64,000 nt of DNA from Candidatus Hadarchaeota archaeon. GTDB taxonomy: Archaea > CAYQAE01 > CAYVLA01. Every line of letters starts with the position of its first letter. Within the stretch, counting starts at the first letter, position 1. The notes under the pieces are model-generated. The model had not been told where the DNA came from, made no database searches, and saw only the letters and a list, made by a program, of their open reading frames with translations. Both the position numbers and the translations under genes were made by a program. Shown piece by piece: positions 37,213 to 48,032 of this stretch. The stretch lies in NCBI GenBank assembly GCA_964621445.1, contig CAZUNO010000004.1, positions 32,001 through 96,000 of the forward strand, written 5' to 3'.

Positions 37213-38082
37213 TTACCCTTCCTCCTCATAGTAATGCATGAAGATGTCCTCAAGGCTGAAGTTCTCCACCTCTAAATCCATCACCTTGAATCGTGCCAAT
37301 TCCCGTATCCAGGGATTGATGTCATCCTCGACCACGAACTCTATCCATCCGTCCTCTATCTTGGTATCCTTCGGGCCGTTGAACCTCTTTGGATCGCCCT
37401 CTATCTTGACTCTGACCCTCTTACCCCTCTTGTCCTTCAGGGACTGGATATCCTCCAAGGCCACCAGTTTCCCCTCCCGGATTATTCCCACCCGATCGCA
37501 TATCTTGTCGACCTCGCTCAGAATGTGGGAGGAGAAGAAAACCGTTCTTCCTCTCTCCTTCTGCTCTCTCAGGAACTCATAGACCGTCTCCTGCATGAGA
37601 GGGTCTAGACCGGCGGTTGGCTCATCCATCACCACCAGCTTGGGATCATTCATGAAGGCCTGGATGATCGCCACCTTCTGTTTCATTCCCCTAGAGTAGC
37701 CCTGGATCGCCCGGTCCAACGGAACCTGGAATCTCTCGAGTAGAACTTCCAGAAGATCATCCCGGGAGCCCTTAAGGGACGAGAAGAAGTCCAGGAACTC
37801 CTGTCCGGTAAGACCGCCGTAGAGACTCAAATCTCCTGGCACATAACCGACCTCTTTCTTGATGTTCACGATATCCTCCTGGATATCCATTCCCAGAATG
37901 TGGGCCTCTCCCCCGGTGGGGTTGAGGAAGCCCAGCAGGGTACGAATGGTCGTCGTCTTTCCTGCCCCATTTGGTCCCAGATACCCGAAGATCTCACCGG
38001 ACTCGACCTCCATGTTAAGGTCCTCTATACCCCTGGTCTTCCCGTAGTACTTCGTGAGCCCGCGAGTCTCAATGATAGTCAA
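37213..38082 (-). CDS. ABC transporter ATP-binding protein
   Basis: GPNGAGKTT, YSRGMKQK, MDEPT, SSH; start uncertain (ORF extends to 38136). Confidence 0.93.
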   Translation of the reverse strand: MTIIETRGLTKYYGKTRGIEDLNMEVESGEIFGYLGPNGAGKTTTIRTLLGFLNPTGGEAHILGMDIQEDIVNIKKEVGYVPGDLSLYGGLTGQEFLDFFSSLKGSRDDLLEVLLERFQVPLDRAIQGYSRGMKQKVAIIQAFMNDPKLVVMDEPTAGLDPLMQETVYEFLREQKERGRTVFFSSHILSEVDKICDRVGIIREGKLVALEDIQSLKDKRGKRVRVKIEGDPKRFNGPKDTKIEDGWIEFVVEDDINPWIRELARFKVMDLEVENFSLEDIFMHYYEEEG

Positions 38083-38137
38083 ATTGACACCTTGGATTAT
38101 GAGTTCCTCCAAAATCCTTGAATAAAAATCCTGCATT

Positions 38138-39448
38138 CTAAGATTTGGAAATTGCTCTCGATAAGGAATTACGGCCCAAAATCAATATATTGGCGGTCCA
38201 AGCAGCGTACATTGCCATCCAGGGCATCAGGGGAAAATGAAGTCTGCTGTGACCTATGGTAAGGAGAGAGATAAAGGTAAAGTAAGCCATGATCATCAGG
38301 GGAGAAATGGGAAAATTGGCACCCTTCCTCAACCGCCGGAAAAGAAGTGGCAGGCAGACAATGAACCCACCGAGTATGAGTATATAGTAAACCTGGTCAA
38401 CAAGGATGAGGATGTCGAAGAATTCAAGGTTCTCCTTGGAGATCGATTTCATCCCTTTCCTGTTCCACATGAAGCCCTCTCCGTCCTCATTGTAGAGATA
38501 GAACAGCTTCCGGGGCCATAACTTGACGGTTTCTACCGGATGGTTCATCATGTAGTTAATTGCCACCCTGCGAGCAACCCTGTTCCTCTCGTACTCTGCA
38601 CTGGTGTAGTTCACAAGGGGCTCGAGTCTATCCTGATACGCGGGATTATAAGTACCGGTAGCGTAAGGATTGTTACCATAGAGCAGGTTAAGTCCGTCAT
38701 TATTGGAGAGCATAAAACCTCCGAAAACCTTGTAGTTCCTTATAACCCATGGGGAAACGGTCAATCCCAGAGCGAGATAAAGAATAGCTGCGTTTTTAAG
38801 AGATGGTAGAGATCTCCTTCTTCCCAACATGATCCAGGAGGCCAGAATCACCAAAGGCACCAGCAGTGCATAGGTCTTTACCAGCACCGCTAACCCGAAA
38901 ACCACTCCACTTAGCAAACCCATAACCCCCTTCGCGCGGGATCTCATAAGCAGAAACACGCCCAGGAGCAACAGGAAGAGGAACAGGGTTTCCGTTGCCA
39001 CCAGCGAGCTATATGCGATGTGGTTAGGATAGAAGGCAAGCAATCCCAGGGCCAGACGACCGCACATTTCGGATGAGAACAGCCTCTTGGCCACCGCATA
39101 TGAGAGGTATAAGACCCCAATGTACAGCACAACATTGGCCACCTTCGCAACCCCAAGTGAGGGGCCAAAAAGGCTAAAATGTAGGGCCAGAAACCCCGGG
39201 TAACCGATTGGCCAGAAGGCGGTCGGCGTTCCATTGATGGTGTAGCCCCGATCCTCAGCTATGTCCATGCCCCTCTGGTAGTACCATCGGAAGTCACTTA
39301 GAGGCTGGGGGGTGACAAGACAAATCCAGGATAACCTGACGAGCAGGCTGGCGGTCAAACAGGCGGGAAGGAAGTATCTTGAAGATACTAATTCTCTCAA
39401 GAACCTCCTAAGAGATGAGAAAAGTGACACGGTGGCCGGTTCAGCCAA
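38138..39448 (-). CDS. GT-C fold glycosyltransferase (ArnT/PMT, GT39/GT83-like)
   Basis: SDFRWY, PTAFWPIGYPGFL, ATETLF, PWVIRNY, multiple TMs, RLHFP. Confidence 0.85.
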   Translation of the reverse strand: MAEPATVSLFSSLRRFLRELVSSRYFLPACLTASLLVRLSWICLVTPQPLSDFRWYYQRGMDIAEDRGYTINGTPTAFWPIGYPGFLALHFSLFGPSLGVAKVANVVLYIGVLYLSYAVAKRLFSSEMCGRLALGLLAFYPNHIAYSSLVATETLFLFLLLLGVFLLMRSRAKGVMGLLSGVVFGLAVLVKTYALLVPLVILASWIMLGRRRSLPSLKNAAILYLALGLTVSPWVIRNYKVFGGFMLSNNDGLNLLYGNNPYATGTYNPAYQDRLEPLVNYTSAEYERNRVARRVAINYMMNHPVETVKLWPRKLFYLYNEDGEGFMWNRKGMKSISKENLEFFDILILVDQVYYILILGGFIVCLPLLFRRLRKGANFPISPLMIMAYFTFISLLTIGHSRLHFPLMPWMAMYAAWTANILILGRNSLSRAISKS

Positions 39449-39517
39449 AAAAACATCTCACGAGTGAGTTTCAATAACCTGTGCTATCAATAATATCCTT
39501 TCCGATGGGCGAGGGTA

Positions 39518-40762
39518 TCAGGCCTCTCTCAATCTGGTAACCTCAACATCCTGGTAAAGACGCCTCTTGACCATCAGGCTCCAGACCACGAAACCGGCAA
39601 TGAACACCGTCGCCGCCACGCTAAACCATTCTATAACATAGATCCAGAAAAGGGCCCTGTCCTTGAGTTCTATGGCCTTGTGATCGAGTTCATCCATCTT
39701 CGATTCCATCTCAGTGAGAAGGTTCAGTGCTTGATCCCACTCCTGTTCCTTGTATAGCTCCTGACTACGCCTGAAATCAGCGTCGATGGCCTCAAGATCC
39801 TTTTCGACGGTTCCAATATTCGCTCCAAACTTTTCCACAAAGGCCAGGAGGGACAGGAGAATGGTCCTTCTCTCGAAGTAATTTCCCAGCCTGTAACGCA
39901 CCCTATGCACCAGTTCCAGATCCTGGGGCACGGACAACCCGGCTGAGTAGTAAACCAGGTTGCTGGCAAAATCAATATAGTATTCCCACTTCTGAAAGGG
40001 CTCCAATCTCCAGGGATACCAGTCGAAAATGAGGTTGGTTCCCCTCCCCTTCCCGATATCCCAGGTGGATAGCACGGGGTGCTTCTCCGGTATATCCATC
40101 TCCAGCAGGGTCTTCGCCCCCTGCTTGGTGCGTGTGATATGAATCTTGTAATTTATTGCCGGGCAGCTGTCCCAGGGGAGGGAGGATACAAAGGGATCAT
40201 CGGGGAGAGCAGGGGATATGTAAAACGCGGGTTTTGGTCCCCCGGGGCTGGAGTCATAGTTATCATTCGCCTTGAAGTCGACTGCAAATATCTGGGTTAT
40301 TAAGGTGCCCTCCCAGGATCTCTGGGACCATGACTCGTAACCGCCATACATCGCGGAGCCACCCGTGGTCAGGAAGCCCAGTCCTTCCTCAACCACCGAG
40401 TCCACCATCCAGGGAAAGTATTTGGCTGGAAAGTTGTCGACCGTGGCATCGCTGATCATGATAAGGTCGAAATTTGTCCTCATTCGTTCCTCGGTTCTGG
40501 GCATATATATTCGCATGAAGCGCTCCGTGGTTTCCGATTCGAAGATGCTTTCATAAAGGGGAACGGTCTGGGCGGAGATCAGAGGGTCCGTGTGGAGTAT
40601 GGTCAGTGGGGAGGCCGTTCCTGGGACCGCATCCGCCCCCATGTTTAGAACCCTCACCGCCCCCGTCTCGGGGTCTCTACGTTGCTCCATACAGTGGATT
40701 GAGGACAATGATAGGCTTAGGCAGAGCAGCAAGACCAACTTCAGGTTACGGACCATGATCAA
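39518..40762 (-). CDS. membrane-anchored protein with class-I GATase-like domain, helical stalk and C-terminal TM (paralogue 1)
   Basis: Signal peptide; FDLIMISDA, GLGFLTTGG..YGG, HPVLSTWDIGKGR; tail nearly identical to that of 54015-55292. Confidence 0.75.
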   Translation of the reverse strand: MIMVRNLKLVLLLCLSLSLSSIHCMEQRRDPETGAVRVLNMGADAVPGTASPLTILHTDPLISAQTVPLYESIFESETTERFMRIYMPRTEERMRTNFDLIMISDATVDNFPAKYFPWMVDSVVEEGLGFLTTGGSAMYGGYESWSQRSWEGTLITQIFAVDFKANDNYDSSPGGPKPAFYISPALPDDPFVSSLPWDSCPAINYKIHITRTKQGAKTLLEMDIPEKHPVLSTWDIGKGRGTNLIFDWYPWRLEPFQKWEYYIDFASNLVYYSAGLSVPQDLELVHRVRYRLGNYFERRTILLSLLAFVEKFGANIGTVEKDLEAIDADFRRSQELYKEQEWDQALNLLTEMESKMDELDHKAIELKDRALFWIYVIEWFSVAATVFIAGFVVWSLMVKRRLYQDVEVTRLREA

Positions 40763-40952
40763 GACTCCGGGGTCTCCCTATTTTTATCTCACCGTAGAAT
40801 TGAAAAATGAGGGCCGGGTCCTATGGTAATTTGATCGATCTTAACCTTTCGAAACGTGGGAACTACCGAAATTATAAGAGAGGAGATTACATAATGCTGT
40901 TGTGCGACATCATTTGAGGAGAGCCAAAGCCAGCCAGCATGGGCCCTCGACG

Positions 40953-41183
40953 GTGAGAAAAAGGGATGTCGAGATTCTGGCCCAGAAGCTGCATCAGGGA
41001 TGGCTGAACGCCATGCAGAGGTCGGGTTACCATCTTCCCTGTGATTGTCCGTCCCTTGACGGGTCCTGTCCCAAATGTTGCCCGGATCTGGTTGATTACC
41101 ATAGCCTGCCGTCTGAGATTAGGAAGGAGAGGCTGAATCACGCCACCAGCCTGACTCTTGACCTGGTCTGCGGATGGTCGTAA
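40953..41183 (+). CDS. stand-alone RyR-domain-like small protein
   Basis: EILAQKLHQGW...GY ... PDLVDYHSLPSEIRK matches the RyR repeat pattern LA..H..W...GW ... HP.LVPY..L...EK; GTG start (ORF extends to 40902). Confidence 0.6.
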   Translation: MRKRDVEILAQKLHQGWLNAMQRSGYHLPCDCPSLDGSCPKCCPDLVDYHSLPSEIRKERLNHATSLTLDLVCGWS

Positions 41184-41203
41184 TATCCTGATCTAGCACC
41201 GTA

Positions 41204-41992
41204 TTAGGGCATCACTTGGCAGTTCGGGCAGTAGTAGGTCGTGCGACCCGAGACGGTGATCTTTTCCACGTCTTCCCCACATCTGGGGCAGTCCGCCTCA
41301 GGATCCCGGTGTTGTATGAAACTGTGGCCAAAATGGTCCTGAATGGAGCCCTGGTCGGAGACCGCCTTCTCTAGTACGGCCCTCATATTTTTGTAAAGTT
41401 CCCTTATCCGGCAATCCTGGAGTTCGTTGGCCCTGGTCTTAGGGCTAATCCGGGACTGGAAAAGTATCTCATCGGCATAGATATTGCCTATGCCCGCCAC
41501 AAATGACTGATCAAGGAGCAGGGATTTGAGCATGGCCCGGCGGTTTTTGAAGCCGGCCTTGAAATTCTCAATATCCAGGTCCTCGTCAAGGGCGTGAAGG
41601 CCCAATTCCTTTGAATCGATATATGTCTGCAAATCGTCGGTAAACCCAACCAGTCCTAAGAGGCGAACGCAAACATAGGCCAGGTTGAAGCCATTTTCAA
41701 AACGAAAAATGACCTTGGAGTATTCTGGCCCGCTTTCCCTGAAGTACTTCGGGTTACCGGTCATCCCGAAGTGCATCACCACCCATTTTTCCTGTCCGGT
41801 GTTTAGAAAGAGGAACTTGCCGTGTTGGTATGTCTCCTCAAAAGACGAGTCCTTCACCCTTCTTTCAAGAATCTGGGGAGAAATATCCTCAAGTATACGG
41901 TCATCAAGAACCTTGGTTTCCACTATCCTATGGTGGAGAGAGGTTGAGTCAATGTATCTTTTGAATTCAGCTACATCGGGTAGCTCTGGCAT
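41204..41992 (-). CDS. Fpg/Nei family DNA glycosylase/AP lyase
   Basis: MPELPDV, GKFL, HFGMTG, H2TH motif LLDQSFVAGIGNIYADEILF, Zn finger CPRC..GRTTYYCPNCQ. Confidence 0.92.
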   Translation of the reverse strand: MPELPDVAEFKRYIDSTSLHHRIVETKVLDDRILEDISPQILERRVKDSSFEETYQHGKFLFLNTGQEKWVVMHFGMTGNPKYFRESGPEYSKVIFRFENGFNLAYVCVRLLGLVGFTDDLQTYIDSKELGLHALDEDLDIENFKAGFKNRRAMLKSLLLDQSFVAGIGNIYADEILFQSRISPKTRANELQDCRIRELYKNMRAVLEKAVSDQGSIQDHFGHSFIQHRDPEADCPRCGEDVEKITVSGRTTYYCPNCQVMP

Positions 41993-42047
41993 TTCCGTGA
42001 TCACATCCTCGTTGGTATTTCACCTGATACATGGTTAATGTCACTTC

Positions 42048-42794
42048 TCATTTTGATATTTCCTCATCCATCATTTCAATCAACCTGCCCGCGTCCTGGG
42101 GAGCGTATCCGTTCTGATCATTGTCGAAATAGCAGAACACTTCCTTTCCCTGATCCAGCCATCGCATGAAATCTTGGGTCCATCCCCGCAGGCCTTCCTT
42201 GCTATACTGTCCCTGATAGGGCCCATCCGGACCATGGAGTCGTGCATAGACGAAGTCCGAGGTCACCTTTTTTGGGGACTGCCTTTCATTGAAATCGTAT
42301 ATGCAGAAGGCCATCCCGCTGTCCTCCAGGATGTCATAGATCCGGGAATCGAACCAGCTAGGATCGCGGAATTCGAAGGCATATCTCAGTTGACGGGGAA
42401 GGACTTCCACGAATTGCCCTAGCCTCCGCGGGTTGGCTCCCCAGTTAGGAGGAAGCTGGAACAGAACCGGACCTAACTTCTCCTCCAGTGCACGAACACG
42501 TTGAGTGAAATTGCCTACCGGATCCTGGGGGTCCTTTAGCTTCTTCATATGGGTTATGTATCTGCTACCCTTTACGGAAAACGTGAAACCCCGGGATGTG
42601 GTTTTCCTCCACTGATCCAATGTTTTCTCCTTTGGCAGCTGGTAGAAGGAGTTGTTGATCTCCACGGTCTTGAAATTTTCACAGTAGAATGATAGCCAGT
42701 TTTCGCTACCCATCTCCTGGGGGTAGAAGTTTCCTTTCCAGTGATCGTAGTGCCAGCCGGAGGTACCGATGTGTATCTTGTCGCGAATGGTCAT
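42048..42794 (-). CDS. DUF72 (YecE-like) TIM-barrel protein
   Basis: IGTSGW, TVEINNSFY, ITHMKKL, LFQLPP, EFRDPSW, YARLHG, YFDND. Confidence 0.92.
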   Translation of the reverse strand: MTIRDKIHIGTSGWHYDHWKGNFYPQEMGSENWLSFYCENFKTVEINNSFYQLPKEKTLDQWRKTTSRGFTFSVKGSRYITHMKKLKDPQDPVGNFTQRVRALEEKLGPVLFQLPPNWGANPRRLGQFVEVLPRQLRYAFEFRDPSWFDSRIYDILEDSGMAFCIYDFNERQSPKKVTSDFVYARLHGPDGPYQGQYSKEGLRGWTQDFMRWLDQGKEVFCYFDNDQNGYAPQDAGRLIEMMDEEISK

Positions 42795-42877
42795 TATTTT
42801 AGCTGTTAACGGTGCATACTTATTGCTTGCCCTACCTACCCTGAGTTGTTGGATAAAGGTATTTGAGGTGAATTGAG

Positions 42878-43471
42878 TTGAATGATGATCGGAAGCTGGA
42901 GAAATATAGAAGGAAAAGGGATCTGAGCAAATCACCCGAGCCAGCAGGGGGCGAGCTGGCCAAGGGAGATAAACCAATCTTCGTGGTGCAGAAACACAAG
43001 GCGAGTTCCCTTCATTATGATTTCCGCATAGAGATCGATGGAGTCTTGAAGTCCTGGGCAGTGCCCAAGGGCCCCTCCATGAAACCCTCGGTGAAGAGAC
43101 TGGCCATCCCCACCGAGGATCACCCAATGGAATACGCCGATTTTGAGGGGACCATACCCGAGGGAGAATACGGTGCAGGCGTGGTTCAGTTATGGGATAG
43201 GGGTAGTTATGATAATATCAAGGAAAAGGACGGGGATGAGGTGCCGGTTACCGAGTCCTACGATAATGGTCAGGTGGAGGTAGACCTGGAAGGGGAGAAG
43301 CTGATGGGGGGATTTGCACTCATAAGGACAGGCGGTGGATCCGATGAAAGGTGGCTGCTGATCAAAATGAGGGATGAAAACGCTGACCCCGATGTCGAAC
43401 CCACCGAGGAGATGAATCGCTCGGTAATGACCGACAGGACCATGGAGGAAATCAAGCAGGAAGGGGAATGA
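42878..43471 (+). CDS. stand-alone LigD 3'-phosphoesterase (PE) domain protein
   Basis: [58 protein letters not shown]; no ligase or polymerase domain. Confidence 0.92.
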   Translation: MNDDRKLEKYRRKRDLSKSPEPAGGELAKGDKPIFVVQKHKASSLHYDFRIEIDGVLKSWAVPKGPSMKPSVKRLAIPTEDHPMEYADFEGTIPEGEYGAGVVQLWDRGSYDNIKEKDGDEVPVTESYDNGQVEVDLEGEKLMGGFALIRTGGGSDERWLLIKMRDENADPDVEPTEEMNRSVMTDRTMEEIKQEGE

Positions 43472-43561
43472 GTTCCCAATAGTTCTCTTTGATATCAAAC
43501 TCAGGCTGCGTACTCGTGAGATTAATATTCCCTTTAACTGTTGCGTTCATGGTGATTTCAC

Positions 43562-46232
43562 TTGCCTGCGGAGAAGCTCGAGCACATGTTTAATCCCGAT
43601 TCCATAGCCCTAATTGGAGCTAGCGAGGCGGAAGGGTCGGTGGGCCGGACGATCATGGAGAACCTGGATTCGGGATTCCAGGGAGAGATATTCCCCGTTA
43701 ACCCAAACCGGGAACAGGTTCTAGGAAGGGATTGTCTTGGTTCGGTCAAGGAACTCGATGACCCCGTGGATCTTGCCGTAATCGCCACCCCGGCAAAAAA
43801 GGTTCCCGGCATAGTTGATGAATGTGGTGAGACCGGGATACCTGCGGCCATAATCATCTCCGCGGGTTTCCGTGAAACGGGTGACGAAGGCAGGCAACTC
43901 GAGAAAAAAATCGAGGAAATCAGACGGAAATATGGAATGAGGATACTCGGTCCCAACTGTCTGGGGCTGATCGTGCCCAAGATCGGTCTCAATGCTAGCT
44001 TTGCCGATCAAATGCCCGAGAAAGGTACCATCGTTCTCATCTCCCAGAGCGGAGCCCTGGCGAGATCCATCCTTGATTGGTCGGTTGAGGCTCACGTGGG
44101 TTTCAGCGGCTTCATCTCCCTGGGCAATATGCTGGACGTCAGTTTTGGCGACCTAATAGACTACTTCGGTCAGGACCCGGGAACCAGAAGCATTCTCATG
44201 TACGTGGAGTCCGTGGCCGATGCACGAAACTTCATGAGTGCCGCCAGGGGATTTGCCAGGACCAAGCCCATAGTGGCCGTCAAGTCGGGAAAGTTTGCCA
44301 GGAGTGCTAAGGCACTGGAATCGCATACAGGATCCCTGGCCGGGCAGGACAACGTGTATAATGCTGCCTTTCAGAGGGTTGGAGTTACCAGGGTAAAGGA
44401 AATCGAGGACCTGTTCAACGTTTCCAAGATCCTGGAGGAGAGGTCGCCCCCCGAGGGGCCAAATATGGTAATAATAACCAACGCCGGGGGCCCTGGGATT
44501 ATGGCCACCGACGCTCTTTTGGAAAGGGGCGGGGAGCTGGCATCGCTTTCCCAGGAGACTATTGATGGGCTTAAGGAGTTTCTCCCTCCCCACGCTGGGC
44601 TGTTAAATCCAATCGATATAATCGGTGACGCCGGGGTGGAACGCTACAAAAAGGCCATAAGAACCTGCATCAATGACAACAATGTGGATGGCGCTCTGGT
44701 GATTTACACTCCCCAGGGTGAGGCCTCGCCCCAGGACCTGGCAGCGAATATCGTGGATGTATCACAGGACACCTCGAAACCGATTTTCTCTTCATTTATC
44801 GGTGGGAAAAAGGTGGAGCCCGGCATGAATAAACTACTGGAGGCCGACGTGCCAGTGTTCAGCTCGCCCGAACAGGCGGTTGAATCGTATATGTACATGT
44901 ACCAATACTCGAGAAATCTAAAGGAACTTTACCAAACGCCAGAGGAGCTCCCCGTTGATTCCACACCTCCTAAACACCACCTTAAGGCGATGATCACACG
45001 GGTCGCGCGTGAGGGTCGCGGGGTGTTGATGGAGGACGAATCCAAGAGAATCCTTGAGACCTACGGATACCAACGGCCGAGACCAGGGTTGCCGAAGACC
45101 CATCTTCGGCTGCCCAGATCGCCGATGAGATAGGCTTTCCGGTTGGTTCAAGGTCCATTCACCGGATGTGACCCACAAGAGCGATGTTGAGGGGGTAGTT
45201 GTAGGCCTAAAGACAAGGAAAGAGGTGAAGAAGGCCTATTCGGAGGTGATAAACAGAATTGAGGAACAGCAACCGGAGGCAGATATCCAGGGGGTAACGG
45301 TTCAGAAAATGGCAGAGGACGTGCAATATGAGTTGATACTGGGCTGTAACCGTGATGAGATGTTTGGGCCGACCATAATGTTCGGTCGCGGAGGGATTGA
45401 CGTGGAGATATACGAGGACATCGCGGTTGGATTTCCCCCGCTTAACCAGGTACTGGCCCGGATGCTTATGGAAGAGACAAAGGTATACGACCTGCTTTCC
45501 GGGTACCGGGGCAAGAAGCCCGCGGACCTGCGAGCTTTGGAGAAATATCTTGTTCGTTTCTCGCAGCTATTGATTGATTTTCCCGAGATAAAGGAGCTTG
45601 ATGTTAACCCCCTGGCGGTATTGGATGATGGTTTCCTCGCTCTGGACGCCAGGGTGATCATAGATACCAATATAGCCGTAGAAGGGGTGGAACCACATTC
45701 CCATCTGGTAATAGAACCCTACCCCCGACGCTACGTGCAGGAATGGGTAATGAAGGATGGAACATCGGTCACCCTGAGGCCCATCAAGCCGGAGGATGAG
45801 CCACTGGAGTTCGAGCTTTTCGAGACCTTCTCGCCGGAGACCTTTAGATTTAGGTTCTTTGGGCCACCGAGGGAGATGAGCCACGAGGACATGGTTCGCT
45901 TCACCAACATCGATTACAGGAGGGAGATGGCTATAATAGGGGAACTGGAGGAGGATGGTGAAAGAAAGATGCTGGGGGTTGGAAGGCTCATAATGGGTGC
46001 CGACGCCGAGTCGGGGGAGTTCGCCGTGGTGGTCGGTGATCCATGGCATGGTTTGGGACTGGGAACCAAGCTGGTTGACATGCTTATCGGGGTATCTCGT
46101 GACAAGGGCTTGAAGGAAATTGAGGGATTGATCCAGACCGATAACGAGGTCATGATTCATATATGCGAAAACATGGGATTTGAGATAGAGAACGTCGACT
46201 CCCAGACGGTTAGGGCAACCCTGGAGCTGTGA
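43562..46232 (+). pseudogene. Pat/PatZ-type acyl-CoA ligase-like plus GNAT protein acetyltransferase, split by two -1 frameshifts
   Basis: GPNCLG, SQSGA, HTGSLAG, TNAGG, NPID; the bridging frame IPTAETRVAEDPSSAAQIADEIGFPV joins KVHSPDVTHKSDV; C-terminal GNAT RFTNIDY..GLGLGT. Confidence 0.85.
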
Positions 46233-46243
46233 GAAAAACCGGC

Positions 46244-46702
46244 CTAATCCTCATCCTCATCAGGAGCGGGGACGGTAAGCACGGGACACTTGGCGTTCTG
46301 AACCACCTTTTCTGCCACAGAGCCGAATAATAGCTTTTCCCATCCGGATTCCCCGTGGGTGGCAACCACTATCAGGTCCACTCCCCTATCCTCTGCTATC
46401 TCGGTTATCTGATCGGAAGCGTTCCCGTGGGCAACGATTGGATGCACATTGATCTCTTCATCCATCATCTCATCCGTTATCTTCTCCAACCTATCCATGG
46501 CGCTTTCCTCCAGCGTGCGTCGATACATGGGTACGTCAAAGCTAGTTGGTCCAGGTGCCGTTGCCACGGCCGGAATGGGGGCAACCACGTGAACTAGGTA
46601 CAGCTCACTTCCAAAGTGCATGGCGATTTGGTTCGCCTTTCTCAGAGCCCTGATAGAGGGGTCACTGAAGTCGGTTGGTGATAGTATACTTTCAATCTTC
46701 AT
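46244..46702 (-). CDS. universal stress protein (UspA family)
   Basis: ILSPTDFS, VHV, DLIVVATHG, LFGSVAEKVV..AKCPVLTV. Confidence 0.92.
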   Translation of the reverse strand: MKIESILSPTDFSDPSIRALRKANQIAMHFGSELYLVHVVAPIPAVATAPGPTSFDVPMYRRTLEESAMDRLEKITDEMMDEEINVHPIVAHGNASDQITEIAEDRGVDLIVVATHGESGWEKLLFGSVAEKVVQNAKCPVLTVPAPDEDED

Positions 46703-46802
46703 TCAATCCATCTCCATTTTTATCCGTATGGGAAGTATTTCAAGGGAATAAATATGGTGGGGAATGGGTCGATTATTGCATCTGGGGCGAGGTCTTTTCA
46801 AA

Positions 46803-48032
46803 CTATGCCCGGAAGCCGGGAGTAACCGAGGTAGGGCCGCTCTGGTTTCCCGATTCATTTAGGTTCAGCTCCTGTGCCAGCTGGATATAGCGTATAATAT
46901 CCGAGCGGCCGATGATTCCAACCACCTTTCCCTCCTGGAGTACCAATAGCTGGTTTATATCGTTCTGAGCCAGCTTCTTGAAAGCCGCTTTAAGATCATC
47001 GGAAACATCAACCGTGTGAAGCGGCTCCTTGGTCATTATCTGCTCCACCGATTTGTCCTGCCAATGGTCCCGGGGAAGTTCCTTCACGTCAGAGGGGGTT
47101 ACAATGCCCACCGGTTTCTCGTCTACGCAGACCGGCGCTGCCCTAACCCCTCCGTGTAGAAATATCTCGTTAACAACCTTATCCACATCGGTGTCGGGAT
47201 GGATGATACAGGGAGTGTCTCTCATAACCTCTTTAACCTGAACGCCGGTTAGCTGCTCCCGCAGGGTCGCCTCACGCCCACTCTGGCTGGCTGCATTATT
47301 GAGGAACCAGCCGATAAACGCTATCCATAGGCCCCCTAGCAGATTTCCGCTTAGCAGTATGAAGAATCCAATTGCTATCAGGCTCCAGGCAAGGACCTTG
47401 CCAGCCCCGGCAGCTATTCTGGTGGCCTTTTGCAGGTTCCCGGTGAAATGATTCACGGCCGAGCGTAATAGTCTTCCCCCATCTAGGGGAAGCCCGGGCA
47501 GCAGATTAAATCCTCCCAGCAACGCGTTGATCAGGGCCATGTAGCCCAAAATTGCGCCAAACGGCGAGTCCTGTGCAGCTATGAGCAGCTGCATTCCGTA
47601 GAATATGCCAGCCAGAGCCAGACTGGTCACCGGGCCCACCAGGGCCATAAGGAATTCATCCCTGGGCTCCTCGGGCTCCTCCTCTATCTGGCTCGCTCCA
47701 CCAAATATGAAGAGGACTATGCTATTCACCGGCATCCCCCTCGACCGGGCCACTATGGAGTGGGCAAGTTCATGGACCAGAACTGAGAAGAAAAGCAGAA
47801 GAGCGGCGGAAGCCCCGATTATCCAGTAGATTGATTGTTGCCAGTCGGGATATTCCTGAGGGAAAAACCCTGCAGCAAGTGACCAGGTAATGAAGATGAA
47901 GGCAAGTATCCAGGTGAAATGTATTTGTATCTCTATCCCTGCGATGCTCCCCAAACCCAGTGCCCCCTTGGTCGAGGCCTTCTTGGGTACCTTAATATCC
48001 TTGGTTTCTCCTAATCCACCCATCAATACCAC
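46803..48032 (-). CDS. site-2 protease (M50) with tandem CBS domains
   Basis: HELAH, FIFGG, GP, FNLLPGLPLDGGR, two C-terminal CBS repeats. Confidence 0.92.
   Translation of the reverse strand: MVLMGGLGETKDIKVPKKASTKGALGLGSIAGIEIQIHFTWILAFIFITWSLAAGFFPQEYPDWQQSIYWIIGASAALLLFFSVLVHELAHSIVARSRGMPVNSIVLFIFGGASQIEEEPEEPRDEFLMALVGPVTSLALAGIFYGMQLLIAAQDSPFGAILGYMALINALLGGFNLLPGLPLDGGRLLRSAVNHFTGNLQKATRIAAGAGKVLAWSLIAIGFFILLSGNLLGGLWIAFIGWFLNNAASQSGREATLREQLTGVQVKEVMRDTPCIIHPDTDVDKVVNEIFLHGGVRAAPVCVDEKPVGIVTPSDVKELPRDHWQDKSVEQIMTKEPLHTVDVSDDLKAAFKKLAQNDINQLLVLQEGKVVGIIGRSDIIRYIQLAQELNLNESGNQSGPTSVTPGFRA

Noticed and set aside
40790-40810. TAGAATTGAAA resembles an archaeal CRISPR repeat 3' end
   Set aside because: Single occurrence in a promoter region
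45060-45170. Programmed ribosomal frameshifting in pat
   Set aside because: Two successive shifts would be needed, and no slippery site or stimulatory structure is evident
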